Of a stretch of DNA of 64,000 nucleotides, positions 36,017-43,045 are shown one piece after another. Source of the DNA: Escherichia coli (GTDB lineage Bacteria > Pseudomonadota > Gammaproteobacteria > Enterobacterales > Enterobacteriaceae). The translations under genes were made by a program, and so were the position numbers. Numbering within the stretch: the first letter of the stretch is position 1; every line of letters begins with the position of its first letter. A model generated the notes under the pieces. That model was not told the origin of the DNA. It searched no databases and saw nothing but the letters and a program-made list of their open reading frames with translations. The DNA lies in assembly GCF_024700885.2 (NCBI RefSeq), contig NZ_CP117016.1; one strand, 5' to 3'.

Positions 36017-36931
36017 TTATGGTAAGTATTTAAGTATTTCTGCTGCCCAGTTTACACGGTGGATGACACGGGCATGGTGCAAGTTTCCGTCTAGTATTTC
36101 GGCTTTAGTTAGCTGGGATAACTGCTGCCAATTATTGTTAAGTATATAAGTTGCGTTATTACATTGTGAGCTTTCTAGCACGTAAATGTTTTGGCCTGTG
36201 AACCCAAATATCACGTAGCCTTGGAACCCAGCTTGCCCAACCGCTACGAAATCTGGTTTTTTACTATTGATAAGTTCAAGTCTGCCTTCAACAACAGCGG
36301 TATTGCCCTTTCCCCTGATCTTAATAGCTGAAAGGATTTTTGAGCCGATAGTACTCCAAGGCTGTTGACCCTGAGGCAGGAGGCTCCAGTTTAGTTTTAT
36401 AGATTTACTTTTAACGATGGTATTAAGTTGGTCGTCAACAGTTTCGCACAACCCAAAAAGCTCTAAAAAAAGATTAATGCAGTGAGCCACTAACTCTTTG
36501 TTGTTAGCTGTCAAACTTAGCTTTGGAGAGATGATCAACTTCTCCCCTTGAAGATTCTCTACAATCTTTAACTCTATGCTTGGTGGAGGGGTGAGGATTC
36601 TCTTGTAGCGCTTATACTCAATTTCACGAGTGTCAGTAACTTCTTGAGTTGCGCCCCCTCCGATCCATTGCTTTCTAGTCCATGAAATTTGTCTGTATGC
36701 AGTTTCTTTAGGTGCTGTTTTGTCAGGTACTGATTTGCCATTAGCATTGAATCTGGTTATTGGCCCTAAAATCTTGGGGAGGACTTCTTCACCTAAAGCT
36801 CTTTGACTTGAGAAACCAATAGAGTCCGTTTTCCCCGCATCTGGCAAAGAATGTGCAATGTAGATATCACGGCCATCAAAGTTAGGTATGTAATTATCAA
36901 TATTTCGAATACGCTTTTTCTGAATAAGCAT
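36017..36931 (-). CDS. orphan 304-aa protein, no family recognised
   Basis: Long AT-rich ORF with SD AAGGAA 7 nt upstream of the ATG. A GCGCGGG..CCCGCGC hairpin lies after the stop. No motif that I can assign. Confidence 0.75.
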   Translation of the reverse strand: MLIQKKRIRNIDNYIPNFDGRDIYIAHSLPDAGKTDSIGFSSQRALGEEVLPKILGPITRFNANGKSVPDKTAPKETAYRQISWTRKQWIGGGATQEVTDTREIEYKRYKRILTPPPSIELKIVENLQGEKLIISPKLSLTANNKELVAHCINLFLELFGLCETVDDQLNTIVKSKSIKLNWSLLPQGQQPWSTIGSKILSAIKIRGKGNTAVVEGRLELINSKKPDFVAVGQAGFQGYVIFGFTGQNIYVLESSQCNNATYILNNNWQQLSQLTKAEILDGNLHHARVIHRVNWAAEILKYLP

Positions 36932-37062
36932 GGATCGTTCCTTTTGATTTTATCTTACTGTTTACATAACCAACCAAGCCGGGCACAATCGAGCCGTTAG
37001 AAACGATAGTGAGGCTAACAATCGTTATGAGTTTGCAGACTCATGGCGGTCATGCTTCATAG

Positions 37063-37094
37063 ACCGGATTCACGCAGGTGACTCCGGTTTTTTT
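37063..37094 (+). terminator. strong plus-strand rho-independent terminator with no upstream plus-strand ORF
   Basis: ACCGGA-T-TCAC GCAG GTGA-C-TCCGGT followed by seven T. The opposite strand lacks a U-run. Confidence 0.7.
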
Positions 37095-37787
37095 ATGCCC
37101 ATCATTTATACATGAGCACAACATATAGGGTGTGTTAATAAGATTACCCCCTACATGTTCAGCATTCTAGTTAGGATTCTTTGCAGTACAAGGGGTGATT
37201 TTGAGGTTAAATTGAGGTTGTCAAAGGGAAATTTCGACCAACCCTACGTGCCGTAAGGCTTAGGCTGTATGTCAATGTTTCAGAAAAAAAATGAAAATTT
37301 GATCGAGTGCTGATTTCTTTAGCACGAGAACATGAGATCGAACCAAAATATTGCAAAGTTTTGAACAAAACTTGAGCTGCCTCGTGTCTCCATAGCCAAG
37401 ACGAATGCAGTTTAAATAAGCTAAGTCAGCTCTCAAAAGTCCTTTATGACCCGAACCAAAAATTGTACCTCTTAAACCCCCACCGCAAGCGGCTCTCCGG
37501 GGTTTGTGCGCGTGGAGTAATGCGATTGTACTGGGTATGTGCGCACAACCCTCTACAAGCCGCATTCTACCGTTAGCCTATAGCTGAATCCCCGGCTTGA
37601 AAAATTGCACGCTTATGGTTGCCCCTCCCTCAACTGTATAGCTCGCCCGCGCCCCCGTGCGCATGTGCGTGCCCGCGCGTCAGGGGTCGCTGAGAAAACC
37701 CTAAGATTTTGCTCATCCGAGACAACCGTTGCAGGCGCGCGTTGCCGGGGCACACTGTTAGTGTTTGATGGTGTCATCAATCGACCG

Positions 37788-37884
37788 TTTTCTGGCACCT
37801 CCCAATCGCACGCTTTCACACTGTTGGAAAAATAGCCTTGGCTTTTCTGGCAGGCCATCCTAATGTTGGCCTCGTTTTCTGGCA
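37788..37884 (+). promoter_or_regulatory. three direct copies of TTTTCTGGCA upstream of the recombinase gene
   Basis: Copies at 37788-37797, 37843-37852 and 37875-37884. Copy 2 sits in the imperfect palindrome GAAAAATAGCC-TT-GGCTTTTCTG. Confidence 0.4.
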
Positions 37885-37906
37885 GGGGTCAGATGGGGAG
37901 ATAACA

Positions 37907-38467
37907 ATGGCAACTTTTGGCTACGGACGTGTTTCGACATCGCAGCAGGATACTGAGAACCAACGGCTGGAGCTTGGGCAGGCTGGGTGGCAAATTGATT
38001 ACTGGTTTGCCGATGTTGTTAGCGGGAAGGTTCCGGCAATGCAACGTAAAGCATTTTCTGAAATGCTCAATAAAATCCGCGATGGTGAAACGTTGGTGGT
38101 AGCGAAGCTTGATCGTCTGGGGCGTGATGCGATTGACGTCCTGCAAACGGTAAGGGCGCTGGCTGACCGTAATATCAAGGTTCTTGTCCACCAGCTTGGT
38201 AACACAGATCTCACTTCTGCCGCTGGGAAGTTGCTATTATCTATGCTCGCCGCGGTTGCGGAGATGGAGCGTGATCTGCTGATTGAGCGCACTCAGGCGG
38301 GACTATCACGAGCAAAAGCCGAAGGTAAGAAATTGGGCAGACCTCCTAAAATCGCGTCAGAAGCCCGTAGAGAGATTTTAGAGAAAAAGAATAGCGGTTT
38401 GAGTATCAGTGCGTTAGCGCGTCAATATGGCGTTTCAAGAGCGACTGTAGCAGCTATTACCGATTGA
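37907..38467 (+). CDS. small serine recombinase (resolvase/invertase family)
   Basis: Start at MATFGYGRVSTSQQ (catalytic Ser motif) with SD GGGGAG upstream. Contains DRLGRD and the C-terminal HTH GLSISALARQYGVSRATV. 186 aa. Confidence 0.9.
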   Translation: MATFGYGRVSTSQQDTENQRLELGQAGWQIDYWFADVVSGKVPAMQRKAFSEMLNKIRDGETLVVAKLDRLGRDAIDVLQTVRALADRNIKVLVHQLGNTDLTSAAGKLLLSMLAAVAEMERDLLIERTQAGLSRAKAEGKKLGRPPKIASEARREILEKKNSGLSISALARQYGVSRATVAAITD

Positions 38468-38480
38468 ATATGGAGAGTTT

Positions 38481-39326
38481 ATGGCTTACACAGCAACTGT
38501 TATCCCTGTAATGATTGCTTCTCCTGGTGATGTCGCTGAAGAGAGACAAGTCATTCGTGAAATGATCCATGAGTGGAATGATATAAATTCAGCTCGTTCA
38601 AAAGTAATGTTGACACCAATTGGATGGGAAACTCATACATCACCCGAATTAGGAGTTAGGCCTCAGAAGTTGATTAATCAAAGATTATTAGTAGATTGTG
38701 ATTTATTAATCGGTGTGTTTTGGACTCGTCTAGGCTCACCGACTGGGAACGAGGCCAGCGGAACAGTCGAAGAAATCCACCGTCATTTGAATGCGGGAAA
38801 ACCGGCAATGATTTACTTTTCCTCAAAGCCTGTTGCCCCTGAAAGCCTTGATAGAGAACAATATGAGTCTCTTAAATTGTTCAAAACTGAGTGCATGCAA
38901 AAGGGATTGATAGAGTCTTTTAATGACTTATCTGATTTCAAAGACAAAGTCCGTAGGCAACTTTCGATAATTATTTCTAGTAGCCCTTATTTGTCTTCTC
39001 TTATATCTACCATTAACAATTCTCCTGATGCGAATACAAGTCAATCTTTGCCAGAAAGTAATTTGTCCGCCGATGCACTCAGTTTGCTGAAATTGGCATG
39101 TGTCGATGATAGCGGAACAATTTATGTGATAAGGCATTTAGGTGGCACGGATATTCAAGCGGGAAATCAATCCTTTGGTGGAAGTTCGGCTAGAGAGGTA
39201 GCCCGTTGGGAGGGCGCACTTAACGAACTGTTATCCTTTGATTATGTGATTGAAAGAGGGGCAAAAGGACAAATGTATTATGTTACTCATAAAGGCTGGA
39301 CATTTCTTGAATCTTTAAATGAATAA
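38481..39326 (+). CDS. DUF4062 / TIR-like (nucleoside 2-deoxyribosyltransferase-like) N-terminal domain protein with an unknown C-terminal domain
   Basis: N-terminal VMIASPGDVAEER ... CDLLIGVFWTRLGSPTG..ASGTVEEIHRHLNAGKPAMIYFS matches my memory of the DUF4062 pattern. Lies 13 nt after the recombinase stop with SD GGAGAG upstream. Confidence 0.6.
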   Translation: MAYTATVIPVMIASPGDVAEERQVIREMIHEWNDINSARSKVMLTPIGWETHTSPELGVRPQKLINQRLLVDCDLLIGVFWTRLGSPTGNEASGTVEEIHRHLNAGKPAMIYFSSKPVAPESLDREQYESLKLFKTECMQKGLIESFNDLSDFKDKVRRQLSIIISSSPYLSSLISTINNSPDANTSQSLPESNLSADALSLLKLACVDDSGTIYVIRHLGGTDIQAGNQSFGGSSAREVARWEGALNELLSFDYVIERGAKGQMYYVTHKGWTFLESLNE

Positions 39327-39360
39327 TTAAATGCGAGGCCATTACATAAGTTTATTTTTG

Positions 39361-39390
39361 ATGTGAGGGTGAATTCCCTCACATTTTTAT
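39361..39390. terminator. bidirectional terminator between convergent genes
   Basis: ATGTGAGGG-TGAATTC-CCTCACAT hairpin with T-runs on both sides. Confidence 0.7.
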
Positions 39391-39881
39391 TCGAAAGAGG
39401 CCGCAATGACTTCTCCTGTTTTTGCGTTGAAAACACAAAAGTATTGAAGCGGAGCTAGCATCCCCAAGCCGTTAACTACCTTAGCTTGTTGCCCAAATGC
39501 CTGAATAATCTTCGCATTCTCATCGTGCCAGAGATAAGTATTAAATACAGGCGCTTCGCTTTCTTGCCACACATGGCGAAACTTCGCTTTCTCATCCATT
39601 ACCTTTTTGCACTCCCTGACCGGGTTATGGTGCGTTTTCGCATAGCATTCCGGGTTGTCATCTGCACATACGATATCTTTTCGTGCTGTCTGATGCTCAG
39701 CACCTACAGCAGAAAAGGCGCATACGCCCAGCACCAATGAGAGAGTGCCCAGAGCACCCCATACAGTTGCGCGTAGCGTGCTGATGTGCTGCTTTGATAC
39801 AGCATGGGCAACTACACTATAACTGGCCCAGCTAATCGCGGCTCCCGCTGCAATCGGTAGTAAAAAGTCTGCTCCCGTCAT
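39387..39881 (-). CDS. small membrane protein (2 predicted TM helices plus a Cys-containing soluble domain), unknown function
   Basis: Start chosen at MTGADFLLPIAAGAAISW with SD GAGGGAA upstream. A second hydrophobic stretch is VWGALGTLSLVLGVCAFSAV. Confidence 0.65.
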   Translation of the reverse strand: MTGADFLLPIAAGAAISWASYSVVAHAVSKQHISTLRATVWGALGTLSLVLGVCAFSAVGAEHQTARKDIVCADDNPECYAKTHHNPVRECKKVMDEKAKFRHVWQESEAPVFNTYLWHDENAKIIQAFGQQAKVVNGLGMLAPLQYFCVFNAKTGEVIAASFE

Positions 39882-39941
39882 GATTCCCTCACTTTCCAAA
39901 CCACATCGCGCCTGATAGCGAACGCTGGTGACGCCCAACCG

Positions 39942-39955
39942 ATGATGATCATCAT
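39942..39955. promoter_or_regulatory. perfect 14-bp palindrome in the divergent promoter region (candidate XRE operator)
   Basis: ATGATGATCATCAT (contains GATC), about 60 bp upstream of the 2-TM gene start. Confidence 0.4.
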
Positions 39956-40121
39956 ACTTGTTGGGTTTTAAATGTCACCATTGGTGTTTGTTTTGAATCA
40001 AAAAGGATTGTCATGATACAGCCGATGAATGCTAGTGACTAAGCTCGCTGACGTGAGATTGGATTCAAAATATCTCATATGGAGCGTGGCCTTACAGTGG
40101 TCAAAATTGCACATTCAGTGC

Positions 40122-40586
40122 ATGAAAAAATCCCTGAGAATACAGTTTGGCGAGCGGGTAAAAGAACTGCGCATTGCCACCGGATTGAGCCAGGAGGCCT
40201 TTGCCGATCGGTGCGGGTTTGCACGTAGTTATATGAGCAGAATTGAACGTGGTGGCTCTAATGCGTCTCTGGATGCGATTGAGGTGCTGGCTAACGCTCT
40301 GAGCGTTGAGCCGTGGCAGTTGTTAGCGCCTGGCCCATCTGAAGATAACGACTCGGAACTGTTGGTTCCATACGCAGCCGATGGTTCCTGTTTTCACCCC
40401 GGTTTGGCGAGCACCCGTGATGGCTCGTTTGGCGTAGGTGATAAAGCGGCTCAGAAGCGTTTTGGCACGTTTGCTGAAGCTCTTGAGTATCTTCGTAGCA
40501 TGGAGACAGCAAAATGGCGTAGGCCTAATCCTAGCGGCAACTGGGGTATCGTATCAGCGGTTCGGTGGGACAAACTGAGAAAGTAG
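40122..40586 (+). CDS. XRE-family HTH regulator with an approximately 85-aa C-terminal extension
   Basis: MKKSLRIQFGERVKELRIATGLSQEAFADRCGFARSYMSRIERGGSNASLDAIEVLANAL is a canonical Cro/C1 HTH. The start is uncertain: there is no clear SD, and an alternative start lies at 40029. Confidence 0.75.
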   Translation: MKKSLRIQFGERVKELRIATGLSQEAFADRCGFARSYMSRIERGGSNASLDAIEVLANALSVEPWQLLAPGPSEDNDSELLVPYAADGSCFHPGLASTRDGSFGVGDKAAQKRFGTFAEALEYLRSMETAKWRRPNPSGNWGIVSAVRWDKLRK

Positions 40587-40709
40587 CTCAAGTGTAAGTT
40601 TATGAATTTTCATGCTGTATGGATGAACAGTATTCATTAGATGCTGATAGTCTTATGTTTCATCAGCCCTTTGTTTCTATAAGAGTGAATAAAACAGCAA
40701 AATGCGGGT

Positions 40710-40739
40710 GCGTTACGTAGGCGTTACGGTGGCGTTTCG
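40710..40739 (+). repeat. three iteron-like GCGTTWCG repeats with 11-bp phasing
   Basis: GCGTTACG at 40710 and at 40721, and GCGTTTCG at 40732. Confidence 0.6.
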
Positions 40740-41076
40740 CTTTGGCTCTTAATGGCTTAATTCATATAAATAACATTGAGTTAAATAGTTATTCTGAACA
40801 AGGTCTGCCGGGGTCTAACTGGTTTCAAAATCCGAACGCAGTGGCGTTTATTCAACGTCCACATAGCTGACAAATGTTCTTTCCTCCCGACTCGGCAGAC
40901 CTCCAGAAACATTAAAAGGCAGGTATGGCACGTTGATGTTTTATGCCGCCACGAACACTCGGTTTGATTCCGTCCAGCGGATCAAACTTAATATGTAGCC
41001 CCTAGAACAAAAAGGTCCTACGATTGCTCTCTTAACAGCTAACAGGAACGTGATTACAGCAGGTTATAGAGACTTA

Positions 41077-41101
41077 GGTTCGAGTCCGGCCTTCGGCACC
41101 A
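41077..41101 (+). repeat. direct repeat copy 2 (leuX 3'-end remnant)
   Basis: GGTTCGAGTCCGGCCTTCGGCACCA with no tRNA body upstream. Confidence 0.95.
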
Positions 41102-41114
41102 AAAGTATGTAAAT

Positions 41115-41138
41115 AGACCTCAACTGAGGTCTTTTTTT
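41115..41138 (+). terminator. tRNA-type terminator following the remnant
   Basis: AGACCTCA-AC-TGAGGTCT followed by TTTTTTT. Confidence 0.8.
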
Positions 41139-41287
41139 ATGCCTGAAATCCAGTGTTTATCTATCTTTCCCGCTATATTAACTCTCTCAAGGTCAACCGA
41201 TATCAACGTACATCTACCAACATATGTTGGTACAGATGATGGTATTTCCGGTTCGATAATGCTTGTACCAACAGGGAGGGAATACGC

Positions 41288-41734
41288 ATGGCATTAACAG
41301 ATATCAAAGTCAGAGCAGCCAAGCCAACGGATAAGCAATATAAGCTGACTGATGGTGGCGGTATGCATCTGCTTGTCCATCCAAATGGTTCTAAGTACTG
41401 GCGTTTGCAGTACCGTTATGAGGGAAAGCAAAAAATGCTGGCACTTGGGGTTTATCCTGAAATCACACTAGCGGATGCCAGAGTACGTCGTGACGAGGCG
41501 CGTAAGCTGCTTGCGAATGGCGTCGATCCGGGAGACAAAAAGAAAAATGATAAGGTTGAACAGAGTAAAGCACGAACCTTTAAAGAAGTCGCGATTGAGT
41601 GGCATGGCACCAATAAAAAGTGGTCTGAAGATCACGCCCATCGTGTGCTAAAAAGTCTTGAAGATAATCTTTTTGCAGCGCTTGGTGAACGTAATATCGC
41701 TGAGTTAAAAACTCGAGATTTATTAGCACCTATT
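41288..41734 (+). pseudogene. intB: P4-type tyrosine integrase, N-terminal approximately 149 codons only
   Basis: MALTDIKVRAAKPTDKQYKLTDGGGMHLLVHPNGSKYWRLQYRY... is the conserved P4 Int/IntB N-terminus. Similarity stops after ...KTRDLLAPI, and no catalytic R..HxxR..Y domain follows. Confidence 0.85.
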
Positions 41735-42359
41735 GTTCCTTTAACCATCCGCAATGGCCAACGGTTTACAGAGCATAATACGAATAGCCGTAGAGCCAGC
41801 CAGTTACGGTGGTCGCGATGGTGTGTCCGCCAGAAAATCACCACGAATACCAGAATCGCGGCACTGACCAGAAAATGATAAACAGGAAACACGGGGAGGT
41901 TCACTTTGCTTTCTCCTGTAGTATTTTCTGTAGGTTCTGAACCGGTTCGAGCGGGGTTGTGAGGCTGATGGCAATCCCCGGGCTCTTCCTGCATGTTACA
42001 CTGGTACTGCAACAGGGGGCCTTCGCTCCTATGACATTACTCAGTATTTTCACTACTACACCCCATCTGCCATCCATAACAACCGATTCACCCCCTCGGG
42101 AGGCGTTGTTGCCCGTCACCCGGACAGGCATCGTTATGGACTTCTCTTGTTGCACGATCGATCAATTGTTATGCATGCTGACACCACTACCCCGGTGGGT
42201 ATGACCGATGCCTTTCTCACTCTCTTCCCGGTCATCGTCGGCCTTCCCCGTTATTGTGGCGTGTCGGCACCATCGACGGCATTTCGATGGCTGCTCAGTG
42301 TTCACTCACGTTACGGCCCGCATAACCCATTGACTTCCTGAAGAAGTCGTTTCAGGGAG

Positions 42360-42700
42360 AGATTCAGCCCTTTTGTTACCTCCTGGACCGCTTCCTGTCC
42401 TTCCAGTTGGAGCGAGAGTTAGTCGGGGCGGACTTTCACCGACGGAAAGATCGTGCATTTCAAGGCACACACAACAATATCTGCGAGCGTGCTATCCGTC
42501 CGGTCGTTATGGGACGAAAGGCCTGGTTGTTCGCTGGTTCACTGATGGCCGGGAACCGAGCGGCACAGATAATGAGCCTTCTGGAAACAGCAGTCTGGAG
42601 CCACATGCTTGGCTGACGGACGTCCTAACGCGTCTGCCCGGAGTGGCCGGAGGAGAGGTTGGCAGAGTTACTGCCTCTTGAGGGCTTTACCTTCTTTGGG
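42360..42700 (+). pseudogene. IS66-family transposase (TnpC) C-terminal remnant, frameshifted
   Basis: One frame reads NNICERAIRPVVMGRKAWLFAGS...AAQIMSLLETA. A second frame reads EPHAWLTDVLTRLP. Confidence 0.75.
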
Positions 42701-43045
42701 TAAGTGATACCTGCCGTCAGGTGTTTGTGCACCGGGCCATAACCTGCAGTTGGGAATTGAACGCCTGACAACAGGAAATGAGCTAGAGCAGTAAACACGC
42801 GGGCTGACAATGGGTCAGAATATGAGTCTGCCCGGCGTTATTCTTGGGGTCAGTACTTCAGATCCAGCCTCCGGTACCAGACTAGCTAGCCCCTACGCAA
42901 CCAAATAAATCAACCATCGTAAGAGTGCAATCGTTCATATACACTGCCGGTGATGGGCGGAAAAATGCGTTAATGTTGAGTTCCTCGAACCCTTACCAAT
43001 TAAGGGACATAGCCAGATACGCAACTGGCTGATGCAAGCAGTCTG

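Noticed and set aside
37500-37551. The inverted repeat GGGTTTGTGCGC/GCGCACAACCC considered as retron-like a1/a2 repeats (msr-msd).
   Set aside because: There is no reverse transcriptase gene anywhere in the islet or window. The repeat spacing (29 nt) is far shorter than in retron ncRNAs.
37793-37810. TGGCAC...TCGCA upstream of the recombinase considered as a sigma-54 promoter.
   Set aside because: The GG-to-GC spacing is 13 nt rather than the roughly 11 nt of the TGGCAC-N5-TTGC consensus. The -12 element is also poor.
39049-39057. TGCCAGAAA inside the DUF4062-like gene, the reverse complement of the TTTCTGGCA repeat core. Considered as a partner site for DNA inversion by the serine recombinase.
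   Set aside because: It is only a 9-nt match with non-matching flanks. Inversion between these sites would split the effector gene and flip the recombinase gene itself. A chance match is plausible for a motif with three query copies.
41632-42012. A 126-aa minus-strand ORF spanning the intB truncation point, with a possible GTG start at 41904 and a hydrophobic N-terminus.
   Set aside because: The ORF runs across the junction where intB similarity ends, so its C-terminal part is antisense intB. At best it is the 5' fragment of an unidentified disrupted gene. It is not called as a gene.
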